Assembly: GCA_002457605.1 (NCBI GenBank)
Contig: NTJT01000003.1
Span: forward strand, 8,748-72,747
Reading direction: 5' to 3'
DNA: 64,000 bases
Source: Marine Group II euryarchaeote MED-G34
GTDB taxonomy: Archaea > Thermoplasmatota > Poseidoniia > Poseidoniales > Thalassarchaeaceae
Shown: in pieces, positions 38,074-46,667 of the stretch
How positions within the stretch are numbered: the stretch's first letter is position 1
How the letters are laid out: each line of letters begins with the position of its first letter
Position numbers and translations under genes: made by a program
Notes under the pieces: model-generated
Told to the model about the DNA's origin: nothing
Databases searched by the model: none
The model's input: the letters and a program-made list of their open reading frames with translations, nothing else

Positions 38074-38909
38074 GATAACTCCTCCAATGCAATTCGTAAC
38101 TCATCATCATTCGGAGCCTTTCCATGAAACTCAGGGTTTCCTTCCATGAATGAAACTCCCTTACCTTTCACCGTCTTGGCTACGATTACACAAGGAGAAT
38201 GGTTGATTGATTTGGCTTTATCTAATGCGTCCCGAATCTCTCGCATCGAATGTCCATCGATTTCGATGACCTCCCATCCGAATGAAGAGAATTTCGAAGC
38301 TACATCACCTACTTCCATCTGCACGTTGACAAAGTCATCATTTTGAATACCGTTCCTGTCAACAATCAATTTTAAATTTCCAGCCGAATGAAAATCTGCT
38401 GCCATTGCTGCTTCCCAAACCTCACCTTCCTGAACCTCTCCATCGCCAACCATTACCCAGATTGTTCTATTACTCCCGTCCATCTTAGCCGCTAGAGAAC
38501 ACCCCAATCCAAATGAAAGTCCCATTCCAAGACTGCCTGCAGAGAAATCAACACCTTTGGTCCACTTCATGTCTACATGGCCTTGGCATACAGAACCAAG
38601 TGTTCTGAAACTCATAAGGTCTTCTTCAGACAGATAACCGATTTCGTTCAGTATTGAATAGACTGCAGGACTAGCATGTCCCTTACTCATGATGAATCGG
38701 TCACGGTCTTCCCAGTCAGCATCATCAGCATCGATGCGTAGGAAATTGTGTCCGTATAGTCCGACTATCAAATCTATTGCTGAAAGCGATCCACCAGGGT
38801 GCCCAGCACCTGCTTCATGAGTCATTTTTACTATGTTAATTCGACATCTACGTGACATATCTTCTAATTCTTCGATAGATAGACTGGGGAGCTCTCTACC
38901 GCTGTTCAT
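38070..38909 (-). CDS. Transketolase, N-terminal section (TPP-binding PP domain)
   Basis: 279 aa. AGAGHPGGSLSAIDL, SKGHASPAVY, GDGEVQEGEVWEA. Confidence 0.9.
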   Translation of the reverse strand: MNSGRELPSLSIEELEDMSRRCRINIVKMTHEAGAGHPGGSLSAIDLIVGLYGHNFLRIDADDADWEDRDRFIMSKGHASPAVYSILNEIGYLSEEDLMSFRTLGSVCQGHVDMKWTKGVDFSAGSLGMGLSFGLGCSLAAKMDGSNRTIWVMVGDGEVQEGEVWEAAMAADFHSAGNLKLIVDRNGIQNDDFVNVQMEVGDVASKFSSFGWEVIEIDGHSMREIRDALDKAKSINHSPCVIVAKTVKGKGVSFMEGNPEFHGKAPNDDELRIALEELS

Positions 38910-39025
38910 GGTAATACTCAGTGAGTATGGCTATTGATGCTTTCCGGAGTTACTGGTTCTGAATTGAGCGCGCTAAACAGTCGAGTTAAAATCAACCATC
39001 TCATCACGGAAACTGAGGCACTGCC

Positions 39026-40234
39026 ATGGACATCCGATTCGAATCGATTGGTGGCAATTCCGACTGGAGGACTAGGTTGAGTGGGATGAGCGTTCCAGAT
39101 TGTGTCGCAACGGATTCAATTTTGTCATCCTGCCTCCAGACCCTTATCTCTGGAGGTAGTATATCCTCGGAAGTAGGCATTAGCCTGATGCATCACGATT
39201 CTCTCAGTGCATTGTGCTCATTGGCTAGTATGGTTAAGAAATCTCGATTCGATAATCGAGTCTTTTTCAACGAGAATCTGCATGTAAACACAACAAATAT
39301 CTGTGTACTAGCATGCAGGTTTTGTGCGTTCCGTAAAGGATCTAGGCACCCCGAGGCATATGCACTATCCGCTAAGGACTTCGTAGAACGAATCGAACCA
39401 TTCTCCAATAGGATTGACGAGGTTCACGCGGTCGGAGGCCTCCATCCTGATTGGACAATCGATCATTATGTTGAACTATACTCAACAATCAAGAATGCGT
39501 ACCCCGATATTCACCTAAAATCACTTACTGCCATTGAAATAATCCATATTGCCGAGCGTTCAGGTATTTCTGTCAAACAAACACTCCAATCTCTGTTGAA
39601 CTCCGGTCTCGGTTCAATTCCAGGAGGCGGAGCTGAGATACTTGTGGACTCTGTTAGGAATGTCATATGTCGAGGAAAAGAGACATCCTCGGAATATCTA
39701 GAAGTACATGCCATAGCGCACGATTTGGATATACCAACAAACTGTACAATGCTGTTCGGTACCATTGAGACGTTGGATCACAGAATTGACCACTTAGTAA
39801 AGCTCCGTGAGCAGCAGGAGGAGAGCGGAGGATTCCAGTGTTTTGTTCCATACCCGTTCCTGCCTGATAGGAGTAGATTACCGGAAGCACAGTTGGCTAG
39901 TTCTAGCGAAGTGGTTCGTATGATTGCAGTTTCAAGAATAATGCTTGATAATATTCCACACATCAAGGCATATCGTATGAACTTCGGAGATCATCTAGCT
40001 TCATTATGTCTGACAGCAGGGGCTGATGATATCGATGGTACAGTTGGCCACGAAGAGATTATGCACGAAGCAGGGAGTATGACCAGCGTCGATATGGAAT
40101 CAGAATCATTAGCTAGAATGATTGCTTCGACAGGGTCAATTGCAGTCAAACGAAATTCCACTTATACAAAATTCTCAATATTTGAGAATAGTATCGGTAC
40201 TCAACAAATTTTACCAGTATATGGTCAACGTTAG
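39026..40234 (+). CDS. Radical SAM enzyme of the futalosine pathway (MqnE/MqnC family)
   Basis: CxxxCxxC cluster CVLACRFCAFRKG in an MqnC/E-like context. About 400 aa. Immediately followed by an mqnA-like gene. I cannot separate MqnE from MqnC by eye. Confidence 0.7.
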   Translation: MDIRFESIGGNSDWRTRLSGMSVPDCVATDSILSSCLQTLISGGSISSEVGISLMHHDSLSALCSLASMVKKSRFDNRVFFNENLHVNTTNICVLACRFCAFRKGSRHPEAYALSAKDFVERIEPFSNRIDEVHAVGGLHPDWTIDHYVELYSTIKNAYPDIHLKSLTAIEIIHIAERSGISVKQTLQSLLNSGLGSIPGGGAEILVDSVRNVICRGKETSSEYLEVHAIAHDLDIPTNCTMLFGTIETLDHRIDHLVKLREQQEESGGFQCFVPYPFLPDRSRLPEAQLASSSEVVRMIAVSRIMLDNIPHIKAYRMNFGDHLASLCLTAGADDIDGTVGHEEIMHEAGSMTSVDMESESLARMIASTGSIAVKRNSTYTKFSIFENSIGTQQILPVYGQR

Positions 40235-40236
40235 GA

Positions 40237-41040
40237 GTGAATATGTCCTGGAAAGAAGTACTCGGGAGAGTATCATTCAGCAACTGTGACCCAATATTCT
40301 ATGGATTAGAAAATAGTTGGGGGATTTTGCCAGCACCACCATCTTGGCTTACTGGACATGTGATTAGGAAGGATTGCATTACTGCACCGATACCATCCGC
40401 CGATTATGCAGAATACCACGATCAATTAGTATTGATTCCCGATTTAGGAATAGTTAGTCGGGGAGATGTGGGATCTGTGTTGTTGTTTGGCACACGCCCC
40501 CTTGAATCGATGAGGGATATCGCAATTCCTTCGGATTCATCCACATCTAAGAAACTCCTAAGTTGGATACTAGATAATCGGGAAATAGATCCTAAGACAA
40601 TTGAGATGGGGCCAGACATTTCATCAATGCTTGAGAGTTGTGACGGTGCCCTGTTGATAGGTGATCGGGCACTATCGGCAGCATCTCGTAATCCCGAAAC
40701 AGTTCAATTGGATTTAGGTGCGGAATGGACTCGTATCACAGGTTTTCCTATGGTATTCGGTGTATTCGCGACTAGGAAAGATAGTCCCATGGACATAGTT
40801 CTTCGAGCTAGGGGAGATATGTTTGAACAGTATTCAAAATTCAAGCAAGACGAAGAATGGAGGAACGAGGTAATTTTGAATACGTCATTGAATAGCGGAC
40901 TATCGGAATCAAGAATCTCTGAATATTTCAGTCGTGAAGTTGAGAATATTCTTGATTCAGAGGCAATAATGGGATTAGAATTGTTCCTGCATGAGGCTTG
41001 TGGGATGGAAGCGGCAGTAGAATGGATACGATTGGACTAA
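40237..41040 (+). CDS. mqnA: MqnA-like chorismate dehydratase (VitK2_biosynth / PBP-fold family)
   Basis: N-terminal GRVSFSNCDPIFYGL resembles the MqnA pattern (G.isy.N..P...gL). 267 aa. GTG at 40237 or ATG at 40243. Confidence 0.6.
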   Translation: MNMSWKEVLGRVSFSNCDPIFYGLENSWGILPAPPSWLTGHVIRKDCITAPIPSADYAEYHDQLVLIPDLGIVSRGDVGSVLLFGTRPLESMRDIAIPSDSSTSKKLLSWILDNREIDPKTIEMGPDISSMLESCDGALLIGDRALSAASRNPETVQLDLGAEWTRITGFPMVFGVFATRKDSPMDIVLRARGDMFEQYSKFKQDEEWRNEVILNTSLNSGLSESRISEYFSREVENILDSEAIMGLELFLHEACGMEAAVEWIRLD

Positions 41041-41510
41041 TACTCCAGACTTTTACTCTGCACCCAATTCATGAGATCAATGGCTACTTCACAAGATTCT
41101 GCAATGACTGGCTCAGAATCGTATCTAAATTTCTCAAGTGTATCCATGGCCACCCTATCTCCTATGGCACCCAAAGCTTCTGCTGCTTCGTGCCTTACCA
41201 TAAGATCCTCATCACTATCTGATAACCTCTCTATCAAATACGGCACTGCATGCGAATCCTGCATTTGACCCATCACATATGCAATTTCATGCTTTAGCAA
41301 AGCCGATTCAGAATCGAATGCATTAGCTAATGCGTCTACCGATTCATTACCACCAATATTCCTTAGTGCAAACAATGCTCGCATACGTGCAAACATCTTA
41401 CTCTCCTCATTACAAAGAATCTCTCTAAGAGTCTCAACATCTGTCATACCACTTGGAGGAGCAGGATCAACAGAACCAAATTCACTAGTATCAGGTATAT
41501 CCTCAGACAT
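41037..41510 (-). CDS. HEAT-repeat protein, half-length deoxyhypusine hydroxylase (DOHH)-like
   Basis: 157 aa. Two His-Glu motifs in DOHH-like contexts (SALLKHEIAYVMGQMQDSHAVP and LMVRHEAAEALGAIGD), plus RALFALRNIGG and VIAESCEVAIDLM. The ATG immediately follows the mqnD stop codon. Confidence 0.65.
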   Translation of the reverse strand: MSEDIPDTSEFGSVDPAPPSGMTDVETLREILCNEESKMFARMRALFALRNIGGNESVDALANAFDSESALLKHEIAYVMGQMQDSHAVPYLIERLSDSDEDLMVRHEAAEALGAIGDRVAMDTLEKFRYDSEPVIAESCEVAIDLMNWVQSKSLEY

Positions 41511-42365
41511 TCATTCAACTCCTAAAAATTCGATTTTTGATACATCTAACGAGGATCCAACAACACCGATATTTTGCCCCTCTATGAGGAATCTACGGAC
41601 TGCTTCCCTCCCCTCTTCTCCATAATCCAATGTTCGCTCATTTACGTACATGCCTACGAACTCTCTGTTAGTATCATCATCAATCCCTCTCCCCCATAAT
41701 TTGGCGAATTCAAGTGCTGAGTCCGGATTGCTGAGGGAATACTGGATACTACGCCTGATGTCGTCAGTAACTTTTTGACAAATATCATCACCAAGATCCT
41801 TCCTTACAACGTTCCCCCCCAGAGGTAACGGAAGCCCCGTCCTATCATACCACCAAGCGCCCAAATCAAGGATTAGGTGCAACCCCTCATTAGCCCATGT
41901 AATTTGACCCTCGTGTATGATTAAGCCCAAATCGTATTCTCCCCTGACCACTGCAGGGATAATTTGGTCGAAAGGAACCACGTGAACATCCACGTCTCCC
42001 CAAGCAATTCTTAGTGCGAGATAAGCGCTAGTCCCCAGTCCCGGTATGGCAATTGTCCTAGTTTTCGCCTCATCAGGGGGCAACTCAGTTCGAGATACCA
42101 AAATTGGTCCATACCCCTCTCCCATAGAAGCTCCACAATTCATTAATTGATAGCGATCAGCAATAGTTGGATATGAGTGAATACTGACCGCAGAAACTTC
42201 GAACTTACCCTCTAATGCATATCTGTTCAATTGCTCGATTTCGTATAGTTCGTGAACATATTTCCTCCCTTGAGTATCTAGTAATCCGGTAGTTAATGCG
42301 TGGAACATGAATGCGTCATCGGGGTCTGGAGAATGGCCTATTCTAAACACGTATTCTTCACCCAT
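41511..42365 (-). CDS. mqnD: MqnD-like 1,4-dihydroxy-6-naphthoate synthase (VitK2_biosynth family)
   Basis: FRIGHSPDPDDAFMFHAL resembles the MqnD N-terminal pattern (G.SPCPNDtF.F.AL). Start moved to the internal ATG 42365. The 80-aa upstream part of the ORF is Cys/Arg-rich and looks non-coding. Confidence 0.65.
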   Translation of the reverse strand: MGEEYVFRIGHSPDPDDAFMFHALTTGLLDTQGRKYVHELYEIEQLNRYALEGKFEVSAVSIHSYPTIADRYQLMNCGASMGEGYGPILVSRTELPPDEAKTRTIAIPGLGTSAYLALRIAWGDVDVHVVPFDQIIPAVVRGEYDLGLIIHEGQITWANEGLHLILDLGAWWYDRTGLPLPLGGNVVRKDLGDDICQKVTDDIRRSIQYSLSNPDSALEFAKLWGRGIDDDTNREFVGMYVNERTLDYGEEGREAVRRFLIEGQNIGVVGSSLDVSKIEFLGVE

Positions 42366-42687
42366 AGTAATCCGAATGGTAATGGGTTGAAAATAACTCC
42401 TAGGGAGTAACTTGTAGAAGGCAACAGTCAATAATCGATAGGCTCTCGAAATACCATGCCCGATGCAACAAAACTGTCTACGGCAACAGGTCAATTGGGG
42501 CCCGTTTGCGCCCATACCGGTAAGGCGTTGACATTTGCCGAAGCTATTGTACTGGACAATCAGTATGTCTGCTGGGAGGCATACATCGAAATCACTGGGG
42601 CACAACCTGCAACCGAGGGCCGAGAGGCAAGTTCACTCGACCTTGAATGACGGCACAGTTCATTTGCCTAGACATTTTGTCTTGTTT

Positions 42688-43899
42688 ATGGCCGAGGGAT
42701 GGAGTCGATTCGCACTCCGATTCTCAGAGTATTACCAATCATTGGGTGTCAATGATATCTGGTGCCCTCCTAGATTTAGATCCAGGGAATGGATGTTCAT
42801 ACCATGGGGTTCCAGACCACCTGACAGGCATCGTGGATTCACCGATAAGTCCGAACTTCTCCACTACTTACATACAAAATCTCCACATTCATGCTTCCAC
42901 AGTACAGCATACTATCACGATCCCTCGCAACGCAGTATGATTGACAAGGGATGGAAGGGTGCCGATTTGATTTTTGACTTAGATGGCGATCATTTGCCTG
43001 GAGTCTCAGATAGGGATTTTCCAGCTATGTTAGAATTGATTCAGGATCAGGCATGGAAACTGTGGTCTGAATTCTTAGAGCCGGAATTTGGATTTCAGGA
43101 GCAGTATGTACAGACATCATTCTCAGGACATAGGGGATATCATATCCATGTTAGGGATCCTGCATACCTGCAGTTGGATTCAAATGCTCGTAGACAATTA
43201 GTCAATTACATCCGGGGTGAGGGAGTAAATGTCCAAACTGTGGTAGGGAATTCACAGGGAGGATGGAAAAATAGAGTTGAAGATGGAACTGATATAGTTG
43301 TAGAGAAATTACGTTCCATAGGTTCGAAAAGTGCGGTTGGAAACGAACTCTTAGTTGAACTGGACGGGATAATGAAGCAGAGGTTGAAAAGCCGGGATAG
43401 TAAAATCAAATCATTTAGCAAAAAGAAAATAGCAATGCTTGCCGAACAGAGTCTAAATGATACCAAGATTGAGAGATTAAAATCCAATACATCTCTAACA
43501 GTATTCGGGGAAGAACAAACTTCAGCATTTTGGGAACTCGTGAAAGGTGACTCAGCAGTAGTGTTGGGGGGTGCTGGTGAAACAGATGAAAATGTCACAG
43601 TTGATGTAAAACGTGTCATTAGGTGGATAGGGAGTCTTCATGGCAAGTGCGGTCTTAGAGTAACAGAATTACCCCTTAGCAGACTAGATCCAGATGCGTC
43701 TGATGCATTCGATCCACTCACCGAAGCGGTAGCCCTGGGGGGACAGTCTATGCACAAGATTGAGTTAACCAAGGACGACATAACGGCAAAAATCTCAGAA
43801 TGCTATGTTGAAGGTGGTACAGGTGACGTAATTGAAGTTCCTGAAAGCATGGCTACGTTCCTTTCTTTGAAAGGATGGGGGGCATTGATATCCCCATAA
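42688..43899 (+). CDS. priS: DNA primase small (catalytic) subunit PriS
   Basis: AEP motifs DLIFDLDGDH and SFSGHRGYHIHV. Start placed at the ATG 42688 (MAEGWSRF). Confidence 0.85.
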   Translation: MAEGWSRFALRFSEYYQSLGVNDIWCPPRFRSREWMFIPWGSRPPDRHRGFTDKSELLHYLHTKSPHSCFHSTAYYHDPSQRSMIDKGWKGADLIFDLDGDHLPGVSDRDFPAMLELIQDQAWKLWSEFLEPEFGFQEQYVQTSFSGHRGYHIHVRDPAYLQLDSNARRQLVNYIRGEGVNVQTVVGNSQGGWKNRVEDGTDIVVEKLRSIGSKSAVGNELLVELDGIMKQRLKSRDSKIKSFSKKKIAMLAEQSLNDTKIERLKSNTSLTVFGEEQTSAFWELVKGDSAVVLGGAGETDENVTVDVKRVIRWIGSLHGKCGLRVTELPLSRLDPDASDAFDPLTEAVALGGQSMHKIELTKDDITAKISECYVEGGTGDVIEVPESMATFLSLKGWGALISP

Positions 43900-44706
43900 G
43901 TGAAGATATCGAGTGCCCCCAATCACAGAATATTGAATAGTGGAGAGTTTCGGAATCAACTCGGTGGGCACGTGGCAGTAGACGACGACGACGTTTCTGA
44001 CGTATCCGAACTCCCTCTTCCTCCATTGCCTCCAGGAATCACATTACCTCCTCCTCCTCCGCCTCCCGCAATGATTGAGGAAGAAGAATTTGAGGGTGTT
44101 GAGACCATCGAGTTTACGGAGTCAGATATTGATGAAGAGATATCTGATGAACCGAGTGATTTCCAGGCTCAGTGGGAAAAGAGACGATTGTCAGACCCAG
44201 TCATAGGCACCGATTCGAAAGATAGTATGTACGGGCACATAGATAGGATAGCCACAGGTGATGTAGGCACTTTGTTAGATAGGTTCTCGGACCGCTTTGG
44301 CTCCGAACTCGATAGGGAAATTATCGTACTTAGAAAGCAGCAGCAGCAGGATATCAGGGCAGTAAAGCCTACGGTAGAGCTAGTATCCCCTCCCACAATT
44401 GAGATTGAAGAAGATGAAATAGATGATTCTGATGCAGATGAATTCGTAGAATTTTTTGATGTAGTCAACAATCTTCTTGGCAATATGCCTGAAGACTTCA
44501 TCGATCGGTTCGTAAATTCCGATTCATTCGCATTATTCGAATCAGTGGGCACAAATCCCGAAGCTGCGGACGAAGACGCGCGAAAGGCATTCTTCGTCAT
44601 GATAAACGCCGAACTAGGGGAATTACCGGAGGATAAGATAAACGAGTTCGTGGAATCACCGGGTTTTGAGATATTTACCCGTATGGGCCAGAATTATGGA
44701 GGTTGA
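43900..44706 (+). CDS. Hypothetical highly acidic protein with poly-Pro tract and internally duplicated C-terminal motif
   Basis: The frame opens with a GTG directly after the priS stop. PLPPLPPGITLPPPPPPP. Two copies of a 33-aa motif (FFDVVNNLLGNMPEDFIDRFVNSDSFALFESVG / FFVMINAELGELPEDKINEFVESPGFEIFTRMG). Start uncertain; the first ATG is at 44065. Confidence 0.45.
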   Translation: MKISSAPNHRILNSGEFRNQLGGHVAVDDDDVSDVSELPLPPLPPGITLPPPPPPPAMIEEEEFEGVETIEFTESDIDEEISDEPSDFQAQWEKRRLSDPVIGTDSKDSMYGHIDRIATGDVGTLLDRFSDRFGSELDREIIVLRKQQQQDIRAVKPTVELVSPPTIEIEEDEIDDSDADEFVEFFDVVNNLLGNMPEDFIDRFVNSDSFALFESVGTNPEAADEDARKAFFVMINAELGELPEDKINEFVESPGFEIFTRMGQNYGG

Positions 44707-44709
44707 AGC

Positions 44710-45501
44710 ATGGGACTGTTGGAAAAGGCTGAGAAGATTCAATCAGAAGATGAAGAAGAACAGGCCCCTGCTGACGAGCCACCTAAGACTGTCACGATTC
44801 AAGAGCCAGAGCCAGTACAGAAGAAGGCCAAGAAGGCGAAGAAGACTCGATCTCGCAGGGGGCGAAAGGAGAAGAAGGCCAAGAAGGAGCGAGTTGCTAA
44901 GGTTATACCTGAGGGATTTGAGCCAGCTGCTCGAGTGAGATCATCATTCCGGTATCTTGTAGACACAATAGCAAATTGGGGAATCATGATTATTACAGCA
45001 GTAATTATGAGTCAAGCAGATGCCGATCCTACGATTCCAATAATTGCTGCGATGGCACTAGCATTGGGAAATATGATCTACTTACCATCGAAGATTTCTA
45101 GATCAGCTGGGAATATAGTCACCGGGACTCAATTTGTAGACACGAGAGGGAACAACCCACAATTTCTATACCATCTAGCAAAAAGTGCCAATATTCCATT
45201 ACTTCTAGCTGGCTTATTTGGAATGTTACTATTAATTTCAGAAGGTACCGATTGGACATCAGGAAACAAGATATTTGTTGGCACTTCATTGACATTATTG
45301 TTAGTGCCTCTATTGGATCGTTTCTTGCGCAATAGGGGCGATGAAAAACTTGGATTCTGGGATAGGTTATTTGGAGGGGTTTGGCTAGTTACAGCTGAAA
45401 AGACAGAGTCTGATTCTGGATTAATCAAGAGACTACAGTCACTTGGAGATTATGCGGAACAACGTGGGATGATGGCGGAAGATGATGAGAAGACCGGCTA
45501 A
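44710..45501 (+). CDS. RDD-family-like membrane protein with Lys-rich N-terminal tail
   Basis: ATG preceded by GGAGGT. N-terminal KKAKKAKK...KEKKAKKE, then TM helices with R...D...D spacing (RYLVDT ... FWDRLFG) reminiscent of the RDD domain. Confidence 0.5.
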   Translation: MGLLEKAEKIQSEDEEEQAPADEPPKTVTIQEPEPVQKKAKKAKKTRSRRGRKEKKAKKERVAKVIPEGFEPAARVRSSFRYLVDTIANWGIMIITAVIMSQADADPTIPIIAAMALALGNMIYLPSKISRSAGNIVTGTQFVDTRGNNPQFLYHLAKSANIPLLLAGLFGMLLLISEGTDWTSGNKIFVGTSLTLLLVPLLDRFLRNRGDEKLGFWDRLFGGVWLVTAEKTESDSGLIKRLQSLGDYAEQRGMMAEDDEKTG

Positions 45502-45502
45502 A

Positions 45503-46564
45503 TCATTCCGAATCTGAATGCTCATATCTTTGCTTGGCCAATTCTCTCATGTCCTCGTGATGAACACCATCATCAATTCCTTCTTGATCGGACTCATCAA
45601 CAATCTCTACACCTAGAAGTGTCTCGATTATGTCTTCCATCGTAATTAATCCCACAGTACCTCCAAAGTCGTCCTTGACTATCAACATCTGTACCTTGTT
45701 CTCTAGTAGCACATCAAGGGCCTTATCGACTGAATCATCCTGCTTGCAGTGGTGTGTAGCGCGTGACAATTCTCCCATAGTGCTGGAGTAATCATCTACT
45801 GCCGCGCGCCTCAATATCTCACTTCTCAGTACCATTCCTTTCACGTCGTCAATACTGTCCCCAGTGACTGGCATACGACCGTAAATCATGATTGGTATTC
45901 TCTCAATAATTGACTGTACTGTTTCATCAGATCCCACAGTGGTCATGACAACTCGTGGAGTCATGACGTCACTGACCATGATTTCACGTAATCGTAGTAC
46001 ATTCTGAATTACGGCCTCCTCATCTTCTTCAATCTGGTCAGATTCTTCAGCAATATCCGCGAGCACCGATAGTTCTGACCTTGTCACGGCTTCAATCTGT
46101 ACTTCTGGTAATAGTGATCGGAGCATCTCAATTGGCCTGACAATTGGCCATAGTAGAATCATTAGTATTCGTAGTGTATGTGCTGAGGATACTGTCAACT
46201 TCCTCCAATACAATGCCCCTATTGTCTTAGGAAGTATCTCACTGAGCAACAGTATAGCAATAGTCAGTACAGCAGAAGCAACGGCGACTCCATATTCACC
46301 TGGATTCAGCTTCTCAACCTCATAACCTACTCCTAAGGCCCCAACTGTGTGTGCAAAGGTGTTCAAAGTAAGTATAGCAGTAAGCGGCCTCTCAGGGTCT
46401 TCTTTGTACCCCAGCCAGACACGACTGATCTTCTCATGACTATCACTCATTGACTTGATGTGCGCATGCGTAGTCGATAGCAGAACAGCTTCAAGAATGC
46501 TGCATAGGAATGACGCCCCTAGTGCCAAAAGGGCATAGGATACAATCAGTGTATAATCACTCAA
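45503..46564 (-). CDS. CNNM/CorC-type transporter (DUF21 membrane domain + CBS pair)
   Basis: DUF21 motif LLLSEILPKT, followed by tandem CBS-like segments (VMTPRVVM..., MLIVKDDFGGTVGLITMEDIIE). Confidence 0.8.
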   Translation of the reverse strand: MSDYTLIVSYALLALGASFLCSILEAVLLSTTHAHIKSMSDSHEKISRVWLGYKEDPERPLTAILTLNTFAHTVGALGVGYEVEKLNPGEYGVAVASAVLTIAILLLSEILPKTIGALYWRKLTVSSAHTLRILMILLWPIVRPIEMLRSLLPEVQIEAVTRSELSVLADIAEESDQIEEDEEAVIQNVLRLREIMVSDVMTPRVVMTTVGSDETVQSIIERIPIMIYGRMPVTGDSIDDVKGMVLRSEILRRAAVDDYSSTMGELSRATHHCKQDDSVDKALDVLLENKVQMLIVKDDFGGTVGLITMEDIIETLLGVEIVDESDQEGIDDGVHHEDMRELAKQRYEHSDSE

Positions 46565-46667
46565 TTCTGATGCCTCTTAGAGTTCATCCAAGGGATATGG
46601 ACGATTACCAACGCTATGCACGAGTTGCGGCTCCACTACAGGCGATGGGCGATGATGACATAAATAT

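Noticed and set aside
44821-44887. 16-nt direct repeat AAGAAGGCCAAGAAGG (44821-44836 and 44872-44887)
   Set aside because: It lies inside a coding region and simply encodes the repeated KKAKK peptide of the Lys-rich tail. It is not a CRISPR or mobile-element repeat.
44666-44938. 90-aa Arg-rich ORF spanning the junction of the acidic-protein and RDD-like genes
   Set aside because: It is an alternative-frame reading of the AAG/GAA-rich (Lys/Glu) region: RRRPRRRRR is the frame-shifted image of KKAKKAKK. It has no independent start context and overlaps two better-supported genes.
46565-46667. Possible C/D-box sRNA: AUGAUGA-like box at about 46648 in the CNNM/metG spacer
   Set aside because: No matching D box (CUGA) lies at the appropriate distance on the same strand, and there is no terminal stem. 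It is most likely promoter or leader sequence.
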